Shown: in pieces, positions 27,736 to 39,600 of the stretch
How the letters are laid out: each line of letters begins with the position of its first letter
Position numbering within the stretch: the stretch's first letter is position 1
Source of the DNA: Glaucostegus cemiculus
Taxonomy: Eukaryota
DNA length: 64,000 bases
Direction of reading: 5' to 3'
Assembly (NCBI GenBank): GCA_976551045.1
Contig: CDPCPM010000005.1
Location: 12,462,001-12,526,000, forward strand
Position numbers and translations under genes: made by a program
The notes under the pieces: generated by a model
What the model was told of the DNA's origin: nothing
Seen by the model: only the letters and a program-made list of their open reading frames with translations
The model's database searches: none

Positions 27736-29048
27736 TTCCTATTTCCCCTTTGTTGTCCAAAGCCTGCATTCAGGTTGCTTAAAGACTTGCATTTATATAG
27801 CGTGATTTAAGACCTCTCAAAGCCACTTCACAGCCAAGGAAAAACTTTTGAAATGTGAGCACTCCTGTAATGTCTGTGGAGGGCGCAAATAAATTAATGA
27901 TTTGGGCATGAGCCCTAGATATATGGGCAGCAAGATTCATCCTTCCACACTTAAGGATAATAATGAGTCATAATTGATATTGGTAATTCAAAACAGGGCA
28001 AACTGCACCATCTGAACAACTTACTTCCACACAAATTTTGTTTGAACAATCTCTTGTACTTGCAGGAAGTACTAGGTATCCTCTCAAATTGCAAACAGTT
28101 ACTCATAATCCTGAATCCTCTCTGCAGTTGGATCACGAAAGTCACGAAGGACTGTAATTTGCTGTGGCTGACTGTAATTAGACTTGCTACTGTATCCTTT
28201 AGTTCTACAAATATATGCCCAAAATGTTACTAAAATAAAAAGTGCGGATTGCAGCATATGGGAAGAGAAAGGCACAGCCGACAGAACATTCTCTTCATGT
28301 ACTGTAATTTTAACAACTTTCTTCTGTTCTCGTCCTTTCTTGTATCCTTTAGTTGTTGATAAAAGAACGTATGTTTTCTCCAATAGGTTCTGGAATATAC
28401 AGAGAAATCCTGGGATAAAGAAGTGACAAAACACTATATCCTAGCGACCTCTTTCTTTTATTTCACTGTTCTTCTTAAATAAGCCCAATGAATAGATTAG
28501 CAAATTAACTGTAAGAGGAATTACATTAGAACATGACCCAGTCCTCACTGCATTGATAAGGTTAACTTTTCTTACCAAATCTAATAATATTATAGTCAAA
28601 TTGTAAGATCTTTCCTTCAGCCCAGATCTAAGGCTATGGCTTGGCTAATAACGGAACTTGATTTCTTGTCCATCAGTGATGCTGCACTATAAGTTGGATT
28701 CGATTTGTATGATGTATTCGACTACCAGTAAACCAAGCAATTGGAGGTTGGTCCCTAAAAACGAATTGTTTTGATACACTGAGAATTCCCACCAACCTCA
28801 GGTCATTGGAGCAAAATAAAATGCAGATGCTCGAAATCTGAAACAAAAACAGAAAATGCTACACGCTTTCAGCAGATCAGGCAGGATCAGTGGGTAGAGA
28901 AATAGAACTTACATTTTGGGTCAAGGACCTTCATCAGAACAGTAAAAATGAGAAAGCAAGTGTGTTTTATATTGCAGAGATGGGAGATGTTGACAGATCA
29001 GGTGGAATATCTGTGATAGGTGCAGATCAAAGTTGCCAGGGTAAGAAT

Positions 29049-29325
29049 TACCGTAAATAATCTGGCACTCTCAGGACTGTGATGGTGCTAGATTATTGAA
29101 TATTGCTGCTTTTAGTAGCCCTACATGCTTTCAATATACTTTTGTTTAGACATTACATGGTAGTACAATAAATTTTCCTGTGAACCAAGTGACTTCAAAG
29201 GGAGCAGAGAAAACGAGGTCCCAGTGATCTTAAAAGGAGCAAGGCAAACGGAAGTAGGTGATCCAGATGCCAAACCATTGAAATTTCTGTAAAATTGGAT
29301 GGCAGATTATTAGAGTTTTATTGTA
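29049..29325. mobile_element. Second copy of the Tigger-like relic
   Basis: Shares gatgccaaac...gcagattat...tttta(c/t)tgta end with 11559-11920. Confidence 0.5.
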
Positions 29326-29809
29326 TTGGAAACAAAAATTTAAATGAAACAAATTGAAACAAAGGTTCTGCCACATCTATGGAGAGTAAAAGGATTACTT
29401 CAAATCGTTAAATTCAGTTTTAGAACCCAATAGTGAGAACACCTTCAGATGAAAGACTAGGAATCATTCCTTGAAATTGCACTGGACATCGTTTATACTA
29501 TGTAAGAATTCTGAATGGGAAGGGGAATTAAAGTGATAAATGACTCAGAAGGCTTGTGTATTCAGTTTGGGTCTCCTCATCTACAGACGGATGTTCCTGC
29601 CACGGAATAGAGATTCCTCCATGGTCTGATTGCAATGAATGGCAGGACTAACATATGAGAGACAGAGTAGGTGAGGCCATAGAGGGGGAGGGGAATGGGA
29701 TTGTGGAGCAGGGGTTAGCTAAAGTGGGAGAACTTACTTTCTTATTTAATTTAAACAGTGGTTACTTTAGGATTTACGACGTCTGCAGTTTTGTTTTATT
29801 TGCTCCTCT

Positions 29810-30035
29810 CACCATGACGGTGGGCGCCCCACAGCCCCGCCCGGCTCCGGCTTCACTCACGGCACCGCCGACCAGTCCCCACCTTCCACTGTCAGCCTCC
29901 CGCACCGACGCGGTGACGTCTGCAGCCGACGGTCACCGATCAGCAGCCCCGATCACGTGACTCCGGGAGCCGACTACAATGGCGGCTTCCATGGCGTGAG
30001 GGAGGTCAGGTGCAGCCCGGGGTAAATCGCAGGTT
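29810..30035 (+). promoter_or_regulatory. CpG island, putative MTIF2 promoter and first (5'UTR) exon
   Basis: GC/CpG-rich; TGACGTC (CRE-like, about 29914), TCACGTGA E-box (29953-29960), CAATGGCGGC YY1-like (about 29977); candidate donors at 29996, 30022 and 30033. Confidence 0.65.
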
Positions 30036-30038
30036 GGT

Positions 30039-30143
30039 GTCCTCCGTGTGGGTCCGTGGGGGGAGGGGTCCTGGTCCTCCGTGTGGGTCGGGGTCCTGGT
30101 CCTCCGTGTGGGTCCGTGGGGGGAGGGGTCCTGGTCCTCCGTG
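30039..30143 (+). repeat. G-rich minisatellite (35+25+35 bp units, 60-bp period)
   Basis: gtcctccgtgtgggtccgtggggggaggggtcctg and shorter variant repeated in tandem. Confidence 0.9.
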
Positions 30144-30399
30144 GTCATCCATGACAGTGGGGCGTGCAGGAATTGTCCTTATTCTTTGTGAACTGTGTGT
30201 ATTTTAGCTTTAAAGAGTTTTGCCTCAGTTCCCTTCCTCTGACCGATGCAGTTTGAGCTCCTCTGGTCCTTCATTTACTCCCCGAATCCAGCGAGCCCAA
30301 GTTCCCGAAGGCTCCTCTTACAGACCTTGGTCCTCACTTGTCCCTTTCTCCATCTTCAAACTCAGAACTACACCGGGTAGATCGGTCGACCAGGTGGCT

Positions 30400-31540
30400 T
30401 CATCTCACCAGCATCATCCTGACAACTCTGGTCTCACCCCATCGGAGATATTCTCTCTGTCCATTCTATTGTCACAACCCTCTCTAAAACCTAAAACCAG
30501 TTTTCTCTCTTTTCTACATCCAGCACATCATTCTTTGTCATTTCCACCAGTTGTAATGCGATCCCACCACTGTTCGCGTCTTCTCTTCCATGCCCCTTTC
30601 TGCTTTCCATAGGGACCACTCCCTCTGTGATTACACCTACTATGGTCCCTTGTGACCATAGTAGGTGTAATGGCGGTCCCACCCCATCCCTCACCACCAT
30701 CCAGGGACGTAAACATCCCTTCCAGGTGAGGCATTGATTCACATCCACCTTTTCCAACCTTGTCCCGTGCATTTGTTGTTTGTGATGTGGTCTCCTTGAC
30801 ACCAGCAAGACCAAGCGCAGACTAGGCAACCGTACTGCTTAGCACCTGTGCTCTGACCACTATGGTCATCTTGAACTCTCGGTTGCAATTCATTTAATCT
30901 CTCCTCCCTGTTCCTGTACCAATTTGTCTGTCCTGGGTCATCTAGAAGAATAACACCTCATATTCTGCCTGTGTAGTTTACAACTCAATGGTATGAACGT
31001 TGAATTCTCCAATTTCAGGTAACCCATGCTTTCTGGGTTTCTTTCTCTCTTTTGCTCTACCTCAGTCCTTCCCCCATCTGTTTATCATCCATACACTCAA
31101 CCTGCTGGGCCCCTACCCCTCCCTTATCTGGTTCTGCTTATCACCTCCATTATCAAATTCCAAAATCTGGAGCACTTGGTCTCCACATCACCTCCCAGCC
31201 TCTCACTCTTGCCGCCCTTCCTTTCCTCGCCCGTCTCCATCTATGCATTAACCCCCTCCTCATCTGGATCCACATATCGCTTATCACTTCCTGCCTCACT
31301 GCTCCCCCTCATCTCTTTAAACTGGCTATCTCCCCTCTACGCTCAGTGCTATTACAGGGTCTCAGTCCAAAATAGTGACTATGCCTCTGCCTGACCCATT
31401 GAGTTCCTCTAGTTTTAGCTCTAGTTTTTTTCTCTTTCCTAGTTCTGACAAAGGGACTTTGACCAGAAACATTATTTGTCTCCCTTTTAATAAGTGCCGC
31501 CTGATCTACTGAGTATTTCCAGCACTTTTCTGTTTTTATA
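30400..31540 (+). mobile_element. Penelope-like element relic (GIY-YIG and terminal repeats)
   Basis: FQVRH*FTSTFSNLVPCICCL*CGLLDTSKTKRRLGNR at about 30720-30835; terminal-repeat remnants at 31350-31540. Confidence 0.75.
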
Positions 31541-33428
31541 ATGGTTTCCTCAGGATGAAGATGGGACTTTGTTTCTACAAATACTCTGCAGTGATCACTT
31601 CTATTGGTCCGTCATGGACAGATGGAAGGCCACTGGTAGATTGGTAAGGATGAGTTCAAGTTGATTTGTTCCTTGTGTTGGTTTGCTCACTGCCTGCACA
31701 GACCCAGACTGGCAGCTAGGTACTTCAGGTCTTGGCAAGCTTAGTCAGCAGTGGTGCTTCCAAGTTACTTTTTCTAATGGATGTTGGAGTTCCCCTACCC
31801 TGAGTACATTCTTTCAGTTATGCTTCCAAATGTTGTTTGACATGAAGGAGCACTGATTCAAAATGAGGGGGGACAGTGGATGGTGTTAAGGAGGAGATTT
31901 TCTTGCTTAAGTTTGACCCCATGGGGTTATGGACTCAAATTTGAGGACTCCACCATCCTGCCTCTATACCACTCTGCTGCCTCCTTGATGAGTTTACTCC
32001 TATTAAGGCATTAGTTCCTCCACTAATTGAGGAAGAATTTCTAAGGTTGACTGGGCCTGGAGCAACTTTGCCAAGTCTGAATTCAGTGTATTGGTTGATA
32101 CTAGGTGGTCCATCCAGTTTTATTTCATCTCCGTTTGAACATAGTGGCAAATGTACATCTGAGTGCCTTGCAAGGCCACTTCAGAGGACATTTAAGAGTC
32201 AACAATGTGGGCCACATCATGTAAGGATGGCGGTTTTCCTTTCCTGAAGGACATTAATGAACCTGATTTTTTTTTAACAACAATCTGGTAGTTTTGTGGT
32301 CATAATTACTAAGACTAATTGCTTAACTAAATTTCAAGATTACTAACTGAATTTTAAGCTCCACAGCTGGCAGGTTGGGAATTAAATTTAGGTCTTTAGA
32401 TTGTTACTTGAAGTCTCTAGATTACTAGTCCAGTAATTTAATCATTGCACTACCATGATATCTTTGAATTCTGCATTCCTCTGCCACTCTTTGGCCAGAT
32501 ACACTGTTCTAACAGAGCTCAATGTAAGTTTGAGGAATGGCACCTCATCTCCTCAATTGGCCCATTAAATCTTTTAAGACTTGATGCGAAATTCAACAGT
32601 TTCAGATAATCAGCTATTCTAGACTATATTTCTTATTTCATGCATTTAGATTTTTTCTCTTCTCTTCAGGTAATTTCCAATTTCATACATCTCTTCTGAT
32701 TTGAGACCCTCCTTCTCCCAACCCACCAAAACATCTTTTATTAATCAATAGCTTTTACAGCAAGTAAATCTTTATTTGTATATTTTGATCTGTCCTGTTT
32801 TCCACCCTATCACAGACATTTTCCCCCTAACTTTTCCTAGTTCTGATGAAAGTTCATCAATCTGAAACATTAGGTAGTATCTGGAGAGAGGGAAACTGTC
32901 AATCTGCTGAGTCTTTTCAGCATTTTCTGTTTTTATTTCAGATTTTAAGATGTGCGACTTTTAAAAAAATTCATTTTTCTTTCAAGACCCTATTTCTTAA
33001 CGAAGCTCTGCTAATTCAGTCCAGACTAGAAATAAGTTGTGGGAACTTCTTAAACAACAGCAGAATATGCTGGAAAGACTTAACAAATCAGGCAGCACCC
33101 ATGGAAAGAGAAAGTCAATGAGGAACCTTCGTCAGTTCTGATGAAGGGTCTGCAACCCTTCATCAGAACTGGCCTTGGTCACTATGCTAAAACTGAAATA
33201 TTATAGAATTTTTTAAATTGTTTAATTATTTAGATTTTCCTAAAATAGCGATGTAAGTCATTAAGATGTTATCATAAAGATAGATAATTATAACTTGTGT
33301 TGCTATCCTTTTTGACATCCTCGGTAAATCCCAAAGCACTTGTGTCTCCAGTGCTATCCATGTGAAAGATTTTATTAATGGTGAGAGTCTTAAAAATGAT
33401 TCATATATTATGTTGCTCCCAGTTGGTG

Positions 33429-33626
33429 ATGATGATGAGAAGATTATTGTTTAGACTGAATCCTGCAACATGGAAGTCACGTAACCATGAGGTCCGTCTA
33501 CTGAAATGGAGAGACGCCCTTGACTTGAGGCCACGTCCACATCTACTGGTGCTGCAGCAAAGCTGTTTACCCAGGGATATCAACAAATTCAGCCCTTTGT
33601 TCATCAGGCTTTTTAGCACCAAGAGG
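33429..33626 (+). CDS. MTIF2: MTIF2 first coding exon (Arg/Leu-rich mitochondrial presequence [10 protein letters not shown]...IRLFSTKR)
   Basis: ctcccag| acceptor at 33422, ATG 6 nt later, AGG|gtatgg donor; end resembles human YRLLVTKK. Confidence 0.8.
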
Positions 33627-36600
33627 GTATGGTGATCTATTGCAGTTTTTGATCTTCCACTCTGACTTGTCACCATGCATGAAATTAATATCTAATCATT
33701 AAACGACACCTCTGCTAGCTCGCATTTTCTGAAATGAGTTAATGAGATAATAAATCTCTGCTTCCATTTTGGAAATTGTATTTGCACTAATTTCTTGATT
33801 TGGGAGATGGGATTGTTTATTTAACTTGAACGATGTTGCATTTTCCTGTAGGTAGGATAGAGTCAGTACCTGAAAATTGTACTTCAGTCAAAACTAAATT
33901 TTACACTGTACTTCTCCGAAGTTGATTTTCAAAACCATTTCATTCATTATCTACTGATTTGATATTCATGTACTCATGAAGTTGGCCCCAGATTCCATCT
34001 CAAATTTTTTCTAACAAATATACCTTTATATGTGCTGAGGAACTGATCTTTGTTGGTATAAATACGGTGATCAGTTTCCAGATCACCTCTGTTCTGTGTT
34101 GTTGGAATAGAAAGCAGTTTTTGTTTACACAATTGCATCTTGAGATTTCAAAACCAATCACTGTTTGTGATTCAATTGAAGTAGTTTATTAGCTAATATT
34201 CTTTCCTTTTAAATACATTAAACGTTTAAAAATGTCTTGCTTTAATAATATTATGAAGAATATTAATCTTTATTTGGCGGTGTATTGGTACAAAGGAAAG
34301 AAGTATCTGCTTTTTTTTTGGTTATCTGCAGGAAGTCCATGCCCTATTCCTCACAGATAGTAAGTATATCTGTACATTGATGCACATTGACTCTTAAGGT
34401 GTTGGTTTAGGTAACCCTTAAATATCTTACAGATTACCAAAAGAAAATAGTGCATAAATTCTGCAAGACAATCCTGGCTACATCAAGAAGATGAGCAACC
34501 AGCACGCTGAAAGGTTTATTTATACAATTGGAAATGACCACCACCAGCCTCCAGCCCCCACCTCCCCCTCCCATTTAAGCAGTGATCAGAAAAAAGAAAA
34601 GTAGTTTGTTCAGGTCCTCCTTTGAGGAGCTTTATCAGTAATCCTGACTGAGACACAAAGATATTTAAATCTGGGAGATCAGGAGAGTCCAATGTTAGCC
34701 CTTGACTTGTACATTGAGGATGAGAATAAGGAAGCCTTTTTGGAATTAAAAAAGGGTTTCAGTGAGATCACACTTGAAGCCCTGTGCACAGTTTTGCCAT
34801 CCTTCCCTAAGGAAATCTTCAAGGTGCATTAAAAGTTCACTTAAATGGTTCCTGGTATGAGGGCCTGACCTGTAATTTCTCCGACAGCATAGCATGGTGT
34901 GATGCTGCTTCCCTTGGCTGGAGCCGCTCCACTGAACATTAGTTGTATTTTGAGTGAGTGTGGTGAGGTCAAGTAAGAATGAAGATTTATGGCTGGAGAA
35001 TCAATAATGCTGAATGAAACCAGGGGATAACAGGTTTATAGCATTTACAACAGTAAGGATTTGGATCATGAACCACAGTAGCTGGAGCAGTGAAGAATAA
35101 AGAAAGCTGGATTATTAAGAGAGAAATCAAAGCCTCAGCTCAAAGCTTTGGCCATTCAGAATCAGTTTATTGTCACTTTCATGTATACATGAAGGCGAGA
35201 TATCGTACTCCACAGGCCAATGTGCAAAAGACATTAAAGACAATAAAGGACAACAGGACAAAAACATCAAAACATTGGAGCCGCATGGACTTTGGTCCAC
35301 TGGTACAACACGTCTCTCAGAACCTCAACATTACATCTCCCAGCCCCCAGCCTCACCCCGCACCGACGACCACCTCCAGCCCCCGCAGTCCTACAACCTC
35401 CGGGCCCACAGTCCAACAACAACCTCCGGCCCTGCAGTCCGATCCGATGACCACCTCCGGCCCCGCAGTCCGACCACCTCCGGCTCCTTCGCCTCTGGCC
35501 CCGCAGTCCGACCACCTCCGGCTCCTTCGCCTCTGGCCCCGCAGTCCGACCACCTCCGGCTCCTTCGCCTCTGGCCCCGCAGTCCGACGACCTCCGGCTC
35601 CTTCGCCTCCGGCCCCTCAGTCCGACGACCTCCGGCCCCGCAGGCCGACCACCTCCGGCCCGGGCAGCCCCCTCACCACCCGCATCCCGACGCCACCACG
35701 AGGATCCAGGGCCTTCAACACGCTGTCGCCTCCGATGAGCTCCGACGAGCTGTGGGAGCCGTTAGCACAGACAACGACTCCATAAAACAAACACCAAGCA
35801 CACAAACATTAAGAACAAACATCAGGAACAAAGAACACCCAAAAAAAAAACAGCACAAAAACACTAAAAGACTAACAAAAAACACAAAGCACTACAGACC
35901 CGGGAGAGGCCGCTGCAACTGTGTGCGCCGCCATCTTGGATTGAGGAATGAAATGCAAAATTTCTTCATTTGGGTTCTTTGGAATTCACCATGGAGCAGT
36001 GGACACTCGGTGAACATATTTAAGACACAATAGTACATTGGCCTTGAGGGCATCCAGGAAAGTAGACATAGGGGAGTTGATGTAGAAGTTTATCAATGCT
36101 AATGACAGACAGGCTTCAGGAGACAAATGGCCTACTCCTGCTTCTATTTCTTTTGTTCATCTAACCCTAACATGGAACTTTCAAACTATTCCCTATTAGA
36201 CTCCAGTGGCAGGGCATAAATTTGGGAAATTCACCCAAAACAAATCCATACTATGTTAGACCTGTTAATGCAACAGCATTGCAATTCATTTGAGTGGAAA
36301 TGAATGGCTTTGAGGAGGGCAAGTATGAAGTAAATTACATTTTTTGAATTAATTGAGTTTAGTTGAATGTTATTGAATTAGATGAATAATTAATATTGTG
36401 GAATCTATTCTGTAACACTTAGCAAGATAGTAATATTCCACAGCATAATTTAGCTTCTGTTACACGACAAAATGGAACTTTGTCTTTGTAAGGCAGTACT
36501 CACTCTACCTGTGCATCATGGCATATGTCTAAGATGGGTAGATTGCTGAAGACAAGGTCAAACAGGTTTTTCTCTTTGCATTGTTTCCTTCACCATAGTC

Positions 36601-39600
36601 CTTGCCCAGTTGGGCAGACAAGACCTCTAGCCAACTTGGTCAGTGGTACTGCTAGTGATGATGAGCAGTAACCACAGGACATGGTGTCCTTGCTTTCAGT
36701 TCCTCTTCCACCTGATGTTGAATTGAATTTTCATTTGTAGGGAAGCTGTGGGAGGTTCTTGGTGTATATTTGAACAATAGGAATTCACAGCCTTCTTAGA
36801 AGGTGTCAGTGTTCTTTTTAAGAGCTCAGTGGGATGGCCATACAACTGAAAAACCCTATCTCTTACAATGCATGATACCATCATTACTATTAACTGATAA
36901 ATGTTTTCAATTCCTAGGTTGGCCCTTGAACATAAACATTTGAAGATACAATGCTTCTAATATTTAAAGTAGCTCACAGAGCCAATCACTGAGTAAAGAA
37001 ATCAAATTTTAAGTTTTCTGCCCTCATTTTAAGTTGTCCCTTTGTAGGTACAATTCCGCAGCTCCTGCTAGAGGTTTGAGAACGTAATCTATGCTGACGT
37101 TTCAGTGCTATATTGAAACCTTTTTGTGTGCTTTGTCAACTGGTGTCCTCTTACAAGTTTATTCTTTTATGAATTCCTGTTTCTCATTCAAAAAGGGAAC
37201 ATTTAAGAATGCTGAAGTGAAACAAAAGCAGATAAAGAAAGAAGTGGAAATAAAGCAAAGAATGACTGTCTCTGAGCTTGCAGAAGCAATGGATAAAGAT
37301 ACTGGTAAGCCTCTGCAGTTCACTTAACTAATGCTAATCAAAATATGAGCAATAACATGATTGATAAATGTATTGGAACAACAACTTCAATGACTGTTGT
37401 GCTGTTTTAATTATTATTTGTTCATGGGTTGTGGACATTACTGGGATGGCTGATATTTATTGCTTATCACTACTGCCAACGAGAAGCAGGTAATGATCTG
37501 CGGCAGTTCATTCAATGAGTATACTCCCTCGGTGCTCTCAGTAGGGAATTCCAGGATTTTTCACCAAGTGACAAAAAAGGAATGGCAACATATTTCCATG
37601 ATGCTTTTCTATGATGCTTTTCTCTGAAACTACTGTACTAAAATTTATAGCTATATCACATATTCATACATCACCATTCACAGTGCAATATGCTTCATTC
37701 GACTTACAAGATTCATGTTGTTCACCATGATATCACTTTTTTGCATATATTCTGTGACCAAACAGATAAAAGCATCAAGAAAATACCCAATGGTTCTCCA
37801 CGCGTATAATAGGAATGCTGTGGATCTGTTAATATAGCTCGTGAGTTTCAATCTTAAGAGCATTATTGATTGAGAACAAAAGAAGGTTATCTTTACATAT
37901 TCAAATAGGCTGACTTTCTCTCCTGAATCTAGATCATGTATATGAAGCTCTGCTGCACACAAATATTGACATGGATTCCTTAGATGATGATTTTGTCTTG
38001 GATGAAAAATGGATAAAAGAGATCATAAAAAAGTCTGGAATGAAGTTTAGATGGGCAAAACTTTCAGAAGAAAAAGTGAAAGAAAATAAAGATGCTGTAA
38101 AGAGGTAGGTTCGTTCTTTATTTCACATATAATCAGGTTGAGGTGGTTATGTTTTGGTGGCTTTGAAAAATATACTTCTACCTTTTCTGTGTTTGCAAGT
38201 GCTTGGTTTCACTGCAGTCTATGACAAACACAAAAGTGGTAGCTCACCATGGTTCCCTTTGTGCAAATAAATGCAGCTTTCTTGGATGAGTACAGTTCCA
38301 ATAACACCCACGAAGCTCATCACCTTCAGAACAAAGCAGCCTACTTGACTTGCAATCATCTGACACCATGATGACAAGGTGTAACATCTACAAAATGCAT
38401 TGCGGTTACTTGCCAACATTACTTCACAGAAGCTGCTCAAACTTGCAGCCTGTACAATCAAGAAGGTGGAAGGCAGCAGAAAATGCCTCCACATGTCTGA
38501 GTCACATTCCATCTAGGGTAGATACCAGGATTGTACCTAAACTGGGCAGCTTGGTTTAGATACATGGAGTCATACAGCATGGAAACAGGCCTTTCAGCCC
38601 AACTGGTCCATGCCGACCATGATGCCCATCTAAGCTTGTCCTATTTGCCAGCGCTTGGCCCATAACCTTCTAAACCTTTCTAATCCATGCATTTGTCCAC
38701 TGTCTTAAAAGTTATTGTATCTACCTTAACCAATTCCTCTGGCAACTGATTCTACATGGATGCCACCCTTTGTGTAGGGGAAAAAAAGTTGCCCCTCATA
38801 TTCATCTTAAATCTTTCCTCTCTAACCTTAAATCTATGCCCTCTGGTTCTTGATACCCCAATTCTATGGAAAAAGACAGTGCATTCACCCAATCTATGCT
38901 CCTCATGATTTTATACACCTCCTCTATAAGATCACCTCTCAGTCACCTACGCTTTAAGGAATAAAGTCCTAGCTTATCCAACCTCTGCCTATAACTCAGT
39001 TCGTCAAGTCCTGGCAGCAGCCTTGTAAATCTTCTCTGCACTCTTTCCAGTTTAATAACATCTTCCTATAGCAGGGTGACCTGAACTGAACACAATACTC
39101 CCAAGTGTGGCCTCACCAGCATACTATACAACTGCACCATGACTTTTATACTCAATGCCCTGACTTATGAAGGCCAACATGCCAAAAGCCACCTTCACCA
39201 CCCTGTCTCCCTATGACTGTACTTTCAGTGAGCCATGTACTTGTACTCCAAGGTCCCTTTGTTCTACAACACTTCCCCAGGGCCCTACCATTCACTGTGA
39301 AAGTCCTACTTGGATTTGACTTTCCAAATGCAACACCTTGCACTTATCCAAATTAAACTCCATTTGCCATTCCTAGGCCCACCTACTCAGCTGATCAAGA
39401 TCCCTTGTAATTTTTGATAACCACCTTCATTGTCCACTATACCGCCTATTTTACTGTCATCTGCAAACTTACTAATCATGCCTTGTACATTCTTACCCAG
39501 ATCATTGATATAGATGACAAACAACAATGGGCCCAGCATTGACTCCTGAGGCACACCACTAGTCACTGGCCTCCAATCTGAGAAATAACCTTTTACCATC

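Noticed and set aside
27161-27810. Several overlapping ORFs, including a GTG-initiated Arg-rich N-terminal extension of PRORSD1
   Set aside because: Typical of a CpG-rich promoter plus a foldback repeat; only 27389-27472 matches the protein family, and nothing supports the extension.
33378-33428. Upstream in-frame ATG extending MTIF2 (MVRVLKM...)
   Set aside because: It lies before a good acceptor (ctcccag, 33422) and is most likely intronic.
35461-35612. Regular 38-bp repeats as a CRISPR-like array
   Set aside because: Units are contiguous with no unique spacers, the context is eukaryotic and there are no cas genes.
35090-36033. Long Pro/Thr/Ser-rich ORFs (231 and 287 aa)
   Set aside because: By-products of a stop-free GC-rich tandem array inside a retroelement; open in several frames with non-ATG starts.
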